From positions 1 to 35,245 of the forward strand of contig NW_014039687.1 in assembly GCF_001186125.1 (NCBI RefSeq): a stretch of DNA of 35,245 nucleotides, in the 5' to 3' direction. Below the pieces are notes generated by a model. It worked only from the letters and a program-made list of their open reading frames with translations. It was not told the origin of the DNA and did no database searches. The DNA is from Sphaeroforma arctica JP610. Taxonomy: Eukaryota. Position 1 is the stretch's first letter. Each line of letters starts with the position of its first letter. Of the stretch, positions 1 to 13,217 are shown in pieces. The translations under genes were made by a program, and so were the position numbers.

Positions 1-37
1 CCACATATATATGTATATATTATGCGTGTATTAAATG

Positions 38-72
<35 letters not shown>

Positions 73-116
73 TGATTCTCATATTTACCCGCATTTCTGA
101 TTCATTTAATCCACAG

Positions 117-1276
117 AATTGGGCAGTACGTCGAAGCAGAAGCGTGGTGTGGTCAGGCGCTGGAGATTTTGTCGCTGTTGCCGAGTACTCTTGTGCAAGA
201 GTACAAGCCTGTGGTAAGTGTGGTATATAATATAGTGCTCGTGCATGAGTATAATGTATGTTTATAGTGTCGTATGTAAAGTGCTTGCTGCATTACACTT
301 ACCTACAAACAGTATTAATCGCCCATTGTGAGCATTCGCGGGCCACAATGTGCGTGCTGCGCGCACGTGATTGGTATATGGTTCTGATGGGTGCCTGTCT
401 CTTTTGCTCTTTATAGTGAGTGATGATTCAGGTCATGTGTGCATTATAAGTCCATATTGTATATATACCTGGTGTGGATTATCTATATTTCACCATGGGA
501 TAATCTATATCTCAGTATGTGTGCGGTATGCGGTCAAGTAGAGGCGCTGGGGCTTCTCGTTGGGTCTACACAGGTCTATTTCAAGCCGTACGCGGTTGAT
601 GTTGCATCGTTGTCTATACATTTAGACGACGTACGAGCACATCTCTGACGGTTATGTGTCGTTCAAGTATGAGCTGTAAATAGACAGATACTAACACGAA
701 CGGAATAACTCCCTTTACGAGGTCTGTCTTTGGCTAAACGAGTAGTGTGATTGTGGTATCACAATGGTGTGATGCAAACCATAGCTGCTTGGATACCTCA
801 TTACTAGCCCGCGAGGGTGCTGTGCGGATGTAGTTCGTGTATCTCTCCTGTGAGTAGTTCATATAACAAAAACAAATCGAGGAGTGGCGCATGCAGCAAC
901 CATAGTAGTCGTCAACGATGTGCAACCTCAAAAACCCCGTGATTCGCGAGTGCGATATCGATATGAATATCAGCAACGAGCTCCATGTCATCAAAGGGTA
1001 CTCATGATAATCTACTTCATAGCTGGCGGTGTGGAGGCTACTTCAGACCATTCGGGTGGTTTCGATGAAAACTTTAGTACGCGCGGATAATGAAACACTC
1101 TCTCTTGGGAGTAGACAAGAATGGTTCTAAAAGATCTTGATCGCGCAATCAGCTCATTTAAGTGGCATCACTTCCTACCTTAGATGCAGAAAGGGTACGC
1201 CGAAGTGCTTTCGAAAGTATCGGATTTCGCAGAGGGTCTCAATTTCAATCTACAAGTCATTCCCAAGGCCGACTAA
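117..1276 (+). CDS. TEX11: 3' end (last two exons) of a TEX11/ZIP4/Spo22-like meiotic TPR protein; 5' part lies upstream of the window
   Basis: Exon 117-213 (ccacag| ... |gtaagt) reads IGQYVEAEAWCGQALEILSLLPSTLVQEYKPV. It joins in phase 0 to exon 1184-1276 (cttcctaccttag|ATG ... TAA), which reads MQKGYAEVLSKVSDFAEGLNFNLQVIPKAD*. The joined peptide resembles the TEX11/ZIP4 C-terminus as I recall it (Y..AEKWCGLAL.FL..L....ESYE.QM..LYSQL). Family call rests on ~60 aa only. Confidence 0.6.
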
Positions 1277-2314
1277 ACAGTTTTTACAAATGCCACTGTG
1301 AAGCAATACAAACCAACACGGCTACGCACACAGCTACCATCGTCCAAACTGATGTATGGGTGACGCAGCTACCACGCTCAAGTTTATTAAACATTCTACA
1401 GTATCTCGACCTCGTTCATTTCGATAGTGTACATTTTTTTAATATATAAAGGGGTTCCCGGGAGCGGGAAGTGGTTATGAAAGTACAGAGCAACTCCCCA
1501 GAGCGTTTCGACTAGTATGAACTTTCTCCAATTTATGGTCAATTCAGTCCAAAGGTCCTTGAACCTCCACTGGTAATAGCGAACAATTGCGTAGCGTGTG
1601 ACAACTAATTGAGGCTGACGGGGCGGCGGAAAACAGTCTACCCCCCGGTGTACTGGGCTTTTGTGTTGCTATATAAACTGTAGTCCAAAAAAAGTTTTTT
1701 TAGCTACATCTCTATGCCTCCTTGGACTTCGACCTTCCTATATGCAATGCACTCGCAATATTCCTGAGGATGCATATAAGTCTACGACTTCACACATCAA
1801 AAATATAAGTTTGGCTGTTAGAACTTACTATTTTGACGCGTATTGGAATATTCAGTTGGAATATTCAGTAAGTGTTTCGTTAGAGATGTGTGCGCCCTGA
1901 AAAGCAAAACGTTCTAACCGTTAGCTATGCAGGAAGTACATAGCTATCGCATTACACAGTACTGTCAAAGTCTTAGCCCGATTTGTTAATATAAGCACAC
2001 AACGTCGCCTAATAAAAACTTGCAAAGTGAGCGAGTCTGATCTGAGTTAGTCCCCTAATAGGAAAATCATCAAACAGTACCTTATTACCAATGTTCATTA
2101 GCCTTAGAATCTATGCACAGTAGCATCCAACTAAAAATGATGTTATTAACCAGCATATCAATCAACACACAACCTAAAATAAATCCAATCGAAAACAAGA
2201 CCAAGTAAGGAAATATCTTGAGCGAAACTCCGACACACACACCATCAAAGGTCATATGATTAACTTCTGATTCAACACCTTGGTTCGCACACCGTCAGGC
2301 CATCATTACACTTG

Positions 2315-2403
<89 letters not shown>

Positions 2404-2993
2404 NTATATATTATATATANNNNNNNNNNNNNNNNNNNNGTGTGCAGAATACATACGAAGTACAGGCAGCTGAAGACTTATACGTACTTATACCAGTCCA
2501 TACATTATGAAAATTGTACGCGCTTAGATAAAAATACACAACACATACTTCTCCATAAAACAATACTTGGCAGAGTCGGCTGTAACCCCACTCATTTTGT
2601 ACATGTCCTATGTATTATTGTCTCTTTCGAACCATTATATGAAAGCATCTGCCGACTGGTGAGGTCGTGCAAGTGTAATCTGTGTGATATGTGTTAGGAT
2701 TCATAGCTGTTTGCTCGTCCAAAAAGTAAACTTGTTATATAGGTCTCTCATCACTCCTACGCACTTTTTTTACCTTATTTTTTACATTTCTCTCTAGCAG
2801 AGAGTATTTATGTAGTCTCTACTTTAGAGAGGGACAAGGTCATGGTTTTTTGCAACCTTTTTTTGGGTTTCAGGGTTTGATAGGGTTGCACTGTATGCAT
2901 GTAGCACATAAGAGCGCTGCGTGTGACTCGTTGAACTTTATTGTTCAGGCACTAGCAAACAACGAGGAACACCACACACATAATAATATTGTC

Positions 2994-3098
2994 TAGTCTT
3001 TCCCTTTTCAAATGTAGTGTACAACATCTAGCTATGACAACGTTTAGTCTTTCCCTTTTCAAATGTAGTGTACAACATCTAGCTATGACAACGTTTAG
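2994..3098. repeat. Perfect 51-bp tandem duplication
   Basis: tagtctttcccttttcaaatgtagtgtacaacatctagctatgacaacgtt starts at 2994 and again at 3045, ~230 bp upstream of the DGCR8-like ATG. Confidence 0.95.
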
Positions 3099-3331
3099 CT
3101 ATGAAATAACTACTTTGGTTGTACTCGAATTAACCAAGACTTTGCATATAGCTGATAACAGCGTATTGGTTGATGAACATCTTTCGACAGTGAAATGTGT
3201 ACAATATTCACATATTACGCCGATGTAACCCCCACATAGAATAAAACCATCACCCACTACATTTATGAAGTAACATAATAGTAAAAACGAATAAACCCTT
3301 CGCATACTTCATGGAATAACAATCTATAAAA

Positions 3332-6300
3332 ATGTCCGAGCCTTATTTTTCTCCTATGGGAGGAGGACAATCATCCGCAGCAGATGCATGGGGTATGTCA
3401 GCGAAGCGTATTCGTCTGGAGACACACAAGTCATCATCTGACAAGTGGGGGCGAATAGAAGGTATATACTCATAAATATGTTGATTTTTATACTCTTATA
3501 TGCATTCATCTGTGTATTATTATACCTAACATGCACGCGCAAAGGTGCGAGTTTACCAATACATGTGTATACGTGTGTTATGGATTGTAGTCTGCACGCA
3601 CATAGAAGTGGTTCCGTAGATCCATGTATGCTTCCATCGTATTACTTATCTTGAGTTTCATATTATGTTCAGTTGTAACTCGATTCTGCGTTCAATGCGA
3701 CTCTTATTTTAAATCATCAGTCGTACCATGTATATTTTCGTACGCTTACTGTGTAGTTGGTACTAATACTCTGATTGATCAATGTCTCATTCAACTTTAC
3801 GATGAGTCTCGGGAGACTCGTATCCCAACACAATTGTGTCACCAGGAAGAAGCTTTAGAGCTTGCTTTAAAATTTTACATGGACGGATTGGGCTTTCTTG
3901 AGAATGAAATTATATACTATATACATTAACTGTATTTAAGTATTAGGAACACGTTAGACATACGCTAGTACCCTAGTTTGGTATTAAGCTGTGTATGTGG
4001 ATTAAATCAATCAGAAGTGCCACCAGCGCTTCCCCTGTCAACTACGACAATCAAAGGGACAGACTACCTATGTCGACTGAATGACTACATGACAAGGAAG
4101 GGCAACAAAAACGCGCACAAGGTGGAATGGATAGACCGCGACAGCGGCGCACTGGGTAAGCAATCGATAGACGACGTACACGCCTATGTCACTAAACGAA
4201 TAGATGTAGTCAAGGTATATCCTCAGGCATACTTCATGCCACGTTTTATATAGTAAAGATGTTTCGATGTAGTGGGCCGTCGTGCGTATGCTGACTGCTT
4301 TGGGTGTCCGATAGCTTGGTCAATGTACCAGTTCGCAAGCACAAGAAGAACGTGTATTGACATCCGAAAATGTATGTCAATAGGTGTATGCTATTGAATC
4401 TATGCCTACGTGTATCTGTATATGCAGTATTGAGAATTGATCATTTTCGGTGTTTGCATGTCTGTGTATGTAGCTTATGGCACACACGTATGAATCTGCG
4501 TCCCAATGTTCTCAATACAGGATTAGTCGTCATTACTCTGAGGATCGATAACGGGGCTATTCAAGCAAACGGTGAGGGGAAGACGAAAAAGTTGGCCAAA
4601 CAGGCTGCAGGTATATGGGCATGCGAATTCTGGTTAGTACCGATAACGTAGTTGCATGTAGTAGCACGTAAATGGTGTTAGCGGAAGCAAGCTGCAGGTG
4701 TGTGTGTGTGTGTACATACTGGATTAAATCAGCGATTTTATTGTACGATGTAACATGTATTTTCTAGTGTACTGAGGTACAAAATATTCTCGCGCGGGTA
4801 TCGGATTTAAGTAATGGTTTACAGGCGTAAATGATACAGGTATGTGATGATCTATACATGTTCAGCAAAGTGCATCGTATACTTTCATTAAATCTCTATA
4901 CGTCCATGGTATCGATGTACGTATATGCCAGTGTGCAAGTTAACGGTAAACATATATAATCCTTCACGACATGCATCTTATGTTCATATCTATGAGGTTT
5001 TGCTGTGGGTCTACATACAATGTGTTTGTTTTTCCAAACACGTCTCATACCCTTACTCTTCGAGTGGTATTCGCTTTCCACTACAGCTCAGCAGGTGCTG
5101 ATCCAGTTGCATAGCAACGACCCGGAACATGCACGTGACACCAACCTATCAACCAGCGGTGTGACGGTCTCACAAGCACAACATGATTCTAGGATAAACA
5201 CTTATCAGGATGCTTTAACGGTATGAATGTATACTCGTTGTGCGTTTTAATTCTGCGTCGAAGGCTTACAATCGGACGCATTAGATTCATAAGCATGTAC
5301 ACTTTGCGGGTCATCATAGTGTAGCATATAAGGTGCTCATGAGAATACTCTTTATGACATGAATGTGTCCCGTTATGAGTTATTGTGTTATGTCTAGAAT
5401 ATGCGCATACTGACTCTCTAAAACCCTAACTGAATGTATACCCTAGTGTAATGTTTTATCATGCATGCATGTGCGATAGGGTTCTCTGAAGGTGCTGCTT
5501 GGTGATCTACCGGGGATGCGTGTGATGCGCATCTTTGCTTCGTGTGTAGCACGTGTGCTTTCATATTACAGTGGCCAGCTCGGTGTATGGTACTCGTTTC
5601 TTGTAAATAAATACGGAATAGCACATTGCGAACGGACCACAACTATTTCAATGTAAAGTTTTATCTTTCATGTGCTCGGCCTTGAGTCACCTAGCATGGA
5701 TACAATAGTGGTTTGATCTAATTGAGACTTAGGAGTGACATGGGAACTGCTTGTCATGATATTTATATGAACCACTCAACCGCGCGAGTCGGTCCAGACA
5801 ATCCAACTGGGCTGCTAGTTAATGTCCCTAATATACGACGTACATGCCCGCATTTCATAACCTGGAGGTATATCTATAGCTACTTGTCACGTACATGCCG
5901 ACGACGTCCTTCATGCATGTACACGCGCAGAGACAGCACACCATACTGCGTAAGAATACCTGTGTACTGTCAAACTTTTCTTGTCAGTAGGGTAGGCAAT
6001 ACACACACAGGTCCACACGAATATGTGCACAATCAGTGAAGGCTTTCTGATCTGCCGTGTATCGCCATATATCTGCAATCAAGCATAGCCTTGTTTCATT
6101 TAGACGATTACGACGCAAGTACCCGAAGACAGGGACATCTTGTGTATGTCCTCGCACCTACAGACTTTTTATGCAACACGTATGTGCATTTGAATGGAGT
6201 AGAGACAAACAGATATACAATGCCTTAGATCTTAATATTGACGATTCCCACCGTAAATGACAGAATTAATCTAGTTATTTCAATTAATCACTTATATTCT

Positions 6301-6994
6301 CGTACTGACTGTGCGAGGCTTTTGTGTTGTCACACATATATCAGTCGCTACAACACATATTCTACTATAGGCAAGTGCTGGAAAGGCTGTACTTGTTAGA
6401 ACCTCGCTTCCTCTGTTATTCACAAAGTCATACCTATAAACGTACCTGTACTTCACACAATCTCGATTAGTGCTTCTGTGCATGTTGATTGGCTTATTTA
6501 CAACATTTCCTTCCTGAACGAGAAGTATCTCATTAAGCGAGAACAGTGTGACAATGAGCACACTCACCGAATAGAGACGTACACAACAGGCATGCTTTGA
6601 TTATGGTCCTTGATGAGAGGTAGTACGAGTTTCAGAAATATCACACGTTCACCAACAATTAATTACGAAGTATCAGTCAGTTTGCGTATGGGGCATACTT
6701 ACAAGGATTGTATTTGCAACACGCATGATTTTGTGGATGCAGATGCTGAAGGGGCTGGACTCCTCGGACCCTCGCGTTGTAGACGTTATCCATCCCGATC
6801 TGCCTGATACCGCGACTTTACTACGCCTGTATGAGAAAAAGTACGTAAGTACGTTTTGAAATACTATTGTATCGGGTATTTGTGTTGATTGATTGTATTG
6901 AGCCGCAAATTTCTCTTCTTATGTGTCGCTGCTGCGTCTGCATGAGGAAGGTACCACGCATACATGTATTTGTACGTAAGCAATTATACTTACT

Positions 6995-7081
<87 letters not shown>

Positions 7082-8712
7082 TGCGAGGCTCGTTACTCAC
7101 CCTTCTTACCATCCTGTTTAAGATGTGATCTACAACTGCTTCGCTTGTTTATAATAATGCATCCGTACGTGCTGTATCAGAAATCATCTGTTATTATGTT
7201 CATAAACCCATTCATAGAAATCATTCCTCTCTCTCCGAGAAAAGCTTAAAGCTATGATCATTGGTGCGTCTAATTCAACGTTGTTCTGTTCGGCTGTCTA
7301 GGACCAAGCGCCAACCTGCTAAATTGGAGGTTAAAATATCGCGACGTCCAAAGAAGTGTGGCACAGAGGAGTATATAGATCCAGGTTTACTCTTCAACTT
7401 CCAAGTAACATATAACGACTTCAGCGGAGATGTATGTAAGCGATGCAGTAAACATGGGTGCGATCACCTGTAGTACATATACTAGCGAACAAGTTATGGA
7501 TAGACATACGATTATGCCTATTCAGTTGTCTGGCTCATATTATGCAATTCCCCGTTTAAGTAATTTATGTCGCTGATTCCAGTTTATCTTTCGTCTGTGA
7601 GCTTTTTAGTAGTGTATTTCGTACTTGTGTAGCCCACCGAGTCGACTTCTCAATGTTAAACACGGGTGTGTGTGATTGTTCGATGCACGTGTTTATACAT
7701 AACGATTGTGTAGAACTTTCACACATATGTCCGTAAATAACAACACGCACTAGACCCTTTTTTTCTCGCTAATTGTCCGTAACAACAATTAGGGCCGGTG
7801 TCGAAGTAAGCAACACGCCAAAATGCTCGCAGCACAGTTGGTGATAAGACACCTCTTACCCAACTGTCTCACATGGGCGAATGTGATCGACCTGGTCACT
7901 CAAGTAAGTGTTGTCTGTACGTACTGCATGTATGTGTGCAACCGTCTTCATTGTTAGTATGTGTTGAGTGTATCTACATGTGCATAGATGTAGCGGTACA
8001 GTTGGTGATACGACATCTACGATATAATTGTGTCATTTATGGTAATGAGATCAACTGATGAGTCAGGTATGACACGTATATGTTTGGTACACACGTGTAT
8101 ATACCGATGCTGAGAAGTTTGTATTTGCCGGGTACCATGCATGTCTTGTACCACTGACAGGTGACATTGCGTGAGCATGCACTTCCTTCGCTCCTCTCTC
8201 ACTATATATATATATATATATATAATGCATGTATGTATGTATGTATGTATGCGTGTATGTATATATGTTTGAATGTATTTTTTACTTGTTTATCGATATG
8301 TATTTTGATTTTTTTTTATACTGCTCCCGAAATTCCTTCGAAACAGGACAATTCCAAAAGTATAAAAAAAGTCGATAACATTGAGCAAGATGACAACAAT
8401 AGCGGATTGGCCCAATTGAAAGCAGACTTGAAGCGGGCAGAGTTGCTTTACTTCAAGTCATTAGAGGACAGTCCGTCTTGTCAGGTTTGTCTAAAACGCT
8501 AACACACGCATACACACACAAACACACACACACACACACCCATATATNNNNNNNNNNNNNNNNNNNNCGCATGTGCGTGAGTGTGTGTATTTTTTTTTTC
8601 CCGTATTCGTTATATGACTATATTTGTTCTTACTCCATACTGTGACGTCGAGTTCATATGGTTATTTTTGTGGTAGGAACCGTATACCAAGTTTCACATT
8701 ATTGTGACTTGA
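3332..8712 (+). CDS. DGCR8: Pasha/DGCR8-like protein with two double-stranded RNA-binding domains (~335 aa, 9 exons)
   Basis: Phase-consistent GT-AG exons: 3332-3461, 4015-4155, 4521-4610, 5087-5220, 6743-6840, 7302-7431, 7793-7903, 8347-8484, 8677-8712. The last exon is tentative; the alternative is read-through to the stop at 8502. dsRBD1: DYLCRLNDYMTRKG...GEGKTKKLAKQAAAQQVLIQL. Linker: LDSSDPRVVDV. dsRBD2 end: GRCRSKQHAKMLAAQLVIRHLLPNCLTWANVIDL, compared with DGCR8 [34 protein letters not shown]. C-terminal helix: LAQLKADLKRAE, compared with LSKLQEEMKRLAE. Basic AKRIRL patch near the N-terminus may be an NLS. Confidence 0.75.
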
Positions 8713-9805
8713 TAACTAGAGAAGTGTAGTACTGCTATTGTGTTCCTCTACTCTACTATCAAAGGCAAATATCGTTCCCTTTATGTCTCTATGCTACTGT
8801 ATTGTTCCATATGAATAGCTTCCGTAGTAATATTTTCGGTCGCAACTTTCGCTGACAGGATGTTACATATGATACGGTATTGAATTAGGTGACATAGCAA
8901 ATTGAGACGTTTTATTATTTCAACCCACGGCAGACTGTAACAAATACTCTTGTCGCTCGAACGTGGCCCCGACATGATTCTGGTCTTCCGGCGACGTACA
9001 TATAGAATAGAAAAGTTATGCTGTAAGTTCAAAAACCGTAAATGGCACATATACAAGGTTGGTCAACTAGCAGACTCAAACGTAAGAGCATCCAAGTATA
9101 TATTTATTGTATCAAGTACAACTACGACGTGTTGTCTATTTTATTGAAAAACATTTGTCGGGTCCGTACGGTAATAATCCGTCTAGTGTTTGCCGGCATA
9201 TCATACTAGAGATCGAAAATTCAGTGCCATCCGTACCTTCACATTGCTGCATGTGTACATCTCCACTCGGATGACACTAACAACAAACTCTCTTGACGCG
9301 ACAATAGCAAACTGGCCCTCACAATGATACAAGAGCGGATCTATACTATCTCTAAGGGTCTAGTTGTCAGACGACATGCTAATTAACCGGGGGTGTTTCC
9401 TCGAATATTGGCACTCAAACTACCAGATGTAATCCAATGCCTACTACGGTGTATGCATTGCACCTGCAATAATACTACAGATTTGAGCTGCCCTCACAGT
9501 TTGGTATGAAGAGGGTTTCACTTCCACACACTTCGATAGGGCACGTGGGTCTGTATATATATATAAATATATATATTTATACATATTCTTAGATACCAAC
9601 AGCATCATAATCTCTCTCATCCTCTCGCCTAGTGGTATGAGACAACCTCTGATTCACATCAGCCACCCCAAATCTCTCGGTTCGGCTACGCTCATATAGA
9701 AATTTGAGAAATATTACACATATATCTACATATACCTGTACACACATATATATATATATAATGTTAAATAGGAACCCCGCTCTCACAGTGACTCCTGGTT
9801 CACAT

Positions 9806-11869
9806 CTACTCGGATGACATCAGCATCACACTCTCCTGTCCCCTGGCCTGGTGGTACGACACAAACTCGGATGTACCAAGTGCCCATATCATAGCATTCG
9901 TCGCATTGGCCGTGATATTCGCCCTGCCAAACTGCAACGGTATAGTGAACTCCATCACAGTCGCATCCAGATCGGTACTGAAGCTGCCATTAGTCACACC
10001 ACTGACTGCGATGGGCTGCACTCCTGCGCTATTTTTACCATCCAATAGGAACTCTTGAACCTCCGCGTCGGTGGACATCTGGCCAATCACAGCCGAGCTA
10101 CCTACCATTTCTTCACCAAACCCAATACCAAACCATCCGACTTGACCCGGGAGAGTCGCGCGTGCTATGAAACTATCGGCCGTAAAGTTGTACTCTAGTA
10201 TAATCGGGGCGCTGGTAAAGGTGTAGTTGTTTGCGTACATCACCGTATCTTCCGTAACGGTACTGTCCGTATCATTCACATCAGTAGTGTTATCCACCAC
10301 AACAATGGTTTGGTTGAGAAATACAGTTTCCACCGCTCGCTTGTCGTGATAAGACACGAAGTCCGACGTTCCCCATGCCCAAATAAGGAAATTATCTTCG
10401 TCCGGGAGTAGACCGCCCTCCCAGAAATCCACAGGAATCTCAAACCGGAGCGTGGAATTCACTCCCGGAGTAAACACCCCGTTGGTTACAGAGTTGACCA
10501 ATGAGGGGCTTACCCCAGCAGCACTCTTCGTAGTCAGCAAATACTCTTCCACAGTACCGTTCGCCGAGTTTTGGCCTATCACCGCACTGGACCCTACCAT
10601 GCCTCCCGGCCCAAAGCCCGTGCCAATCCAGCCACATTCCTGGTTCACAATGGTAGTCTTAGCCTGCAGTGTATCGTTCAACAGTGTGTACTCAAAGGTC
10701 ACATCGCCGTCGGCAAATACAATCATATTCTGATAGTCTGGTTCAGGTGTTACGTAATCCGGGAGCGTTTGTCCCCAGGCATCCACACCGAGACTCGCCC
10801 ATGTGCTGGGTAGAACCCCCACACACTTGTGGCCATCCAACTCAGGGCGTACGCCTGTGTAGGTAAAATGTACAGGGGCAGGAAAAATGAGTCTTCACGA
10901 ACGGATACTTTTTTACAAGCCTAAAACTACACATACACGTGTTGATGTTGTGACGCATAGAAATGAGCATAGCATAGACAAAAATCTATACATCTGTCAA
11001 CCGGACTTCCAAGAAAGGTTTAGAACACACAAAAAGAAAGGTGACTCCAAGAGAACTGCATATGCTGTGTGTATACGTAATGTACACTTATGTATTGTAC
11101 ATGTGACCCCAAAAGCAATCTGGTAATTGATGCACATAATGTTTTGAGTTAGGCAGCCGAATAAATAAACATTTGATTTGCGTGCGAGACAAACACAAGA
11201 ATACGCATGTATGCTCGTGCCCCAGTACACCGGTCGACCGTGGGTACCAATATTGGATTCAAACTGAGTAGACAAGAATGAGTATGTAAACGATGTGCAA
11301 CGGTGTAACGTAGATAAATTGGCATATGGTACTCGAGACCAGTTTAGTTTGTTTCGTGATGAGGGGACAAAACATATTACACATATACCATTATTTGTGC
11401 ATGTGAGCTTTGAAGGCAGGGCGTAGTATACTATAGACCCGTGAAATACGTCGACATCAACTACAAATATATGCTCTCGAATCTAATCTGAAACCATGAA
11501 AATACAAACACACACAAAAGTGAGCGGCCTATGTAGAAAAATACGTTGGGCATATACCTTGTATACAAAAGAATGAGTAGGTAATACACTACAGTATATA
11601 TACTTACCGCCTATATCCCCATCGTAGAAGTACAAAGGAAGTCCGCCGAATAAGATATTATCGTAATCTGAAACAGTCACAAAGCCTGCCGTTCTGAACG
11701 GCGAGTCTGCGGCTATAGTGTCGTCAAATGTTATGTTGCAACTTTCTCCTGAATCGATATTTGGTCTGTCTGTGCCAGCGTATGTAGGGAACCCGTCGTA
11801 TCCGATACCTGAGAAATAAATTAGAATCAGAATGAGAATATATATTCGCTTATATTCGCATATATATAA

Positions 11870-11900
<31 letters not shown>

Positions 11901-12200
11901 GATATATAATTATTCATATAGATATATATAATTATTCATATAGATAAATATAATTATTCATATATAAATATATATATATACATAATTTTATATATAAATA
12001 TAAATATATAAACATATTTTTAAGAAAGCATATACATATTCATACATACATACATATATGTATATAAACATATATCTAAGTAAGCATATACATATATATA
12101 TAAATATATATATATATATACATATATACACATATGTATATACATATTTATGTATATAAACATTTATTTATGTAAGTAAACAATAAACAATAAAACAAAC

Positions 12201-12238
<38 letters not shown>

Positions 12239-12368
12239 ATAAAATTTGTATATATGTGTAGATTTGGAAACNNNNNNNNNNNNNNNNNNNNTACTACCTA
12301 GTATATACTATACTATACTATAGTATACTAAGTATATAATAATTATTATATATAATATAATATAAATA

Positions 12369-12408
<40 letters not shown>

Positions 12409-13067
12409 ACGTATATACGTATGTATGGATGGAATATAAAATGCATAGAAACAATAGCTGCACTGTAATGGATACGACAGCAAATTGGATATACTTAATA
12501 ATCAAAATCAAAAACCTTCAACATACTTAATATTATATACGTTAAAATATTAGAAATAATTCTGTAAATAGCAGAAAGCCTTGTCAGCCTCGAGTATGAT
12601 AAAAGATTTATAACTGTTTATAATTGTATACAAATAGCTACATACGCGAATCATAGAGAGCCTTTGCGAGCAGATAAATACGTACAAAGTACGGTGAAGT
12701 TCTGTAAATAGTGGTATGCGCACTTGGACCATTCGCTCCTGATACAATAGTACCAAACATGCGCATATGGCATATATATATGGTTTACTCCAAGATATAT
12801 ATGAAACATATACACAGAAATACACGAATAAAAGTACGTACCAGCCTCAAATACGGTGAAGTCCGGCAAATAGTAGTATACGCATTTGGATAATTGCATG
12901 CCACTGCCATCATCCGAGACCACCCCAGTGGTTGCTATGAGAGCTTCTGTGCCGACGACGTTGTTTGTATCTGACAGTATCGAGAAAACCACATCGCAAG
13001 CAGACACTACAGTGGCTAAATTTAAGCTCAGGCACACACATACGAGTGCTTCGTGTGAGAATTTCAT
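9806..13067 (-). CDS. Secreted protein with an N-terminal Yx(FWY)xxD (COG4315/Lipoprotein_15-like) domain and two tandem DOMON domains (491 aa, 3 exons)
   Basis: Exons 13067-12842, 11808-11608 and 10854-9806; both introns are phase 1 GT-AG and the total is 1476 nt. Signal-peptide-like start MKFSHEALVCVCLSLNLATVVSA. Motifs VYYYLPD and GGLPLYFYDGD. Two DOMON repeats: GWIGTGFGPGGMVGSSAVIG...IWAWG...SYH and GWFGIGFGEEMVGSSAVIG...IWALG...SYH. Many N-x-S/T sequons. Confidence 0.85.
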
Positions 13068-13217
13068 GATGTATGTTTTGTATGTGAGTGATGTATATTG
13101 CTATATAATACCGATGCTTTCGTGGTTGTTTGTAGTTATTATACAATGGTTGGTAGACTGGTGAGTGGTGACCACAGTTGAACTAACAGAGACAGAATGC
13201 GTACTCTGGAAACAGGT

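Noticed and set aside
5480..6143. Candidate extra DGCR8-like exons at 5480-5582 and 6104-6141
   Set aside because: Donors are weak, and direct phase-0 joining of 5220 to 6743 gives YQDALT-MLKGLDSSDPRV, which fits the DGCR8 linker. They may be very old echoes of exon 6743-6840.
9851..10866. Several plus-strand ORFs within the DOMON exon
   Set aside because: Antisense shadows of a GC-balanced coding exon.
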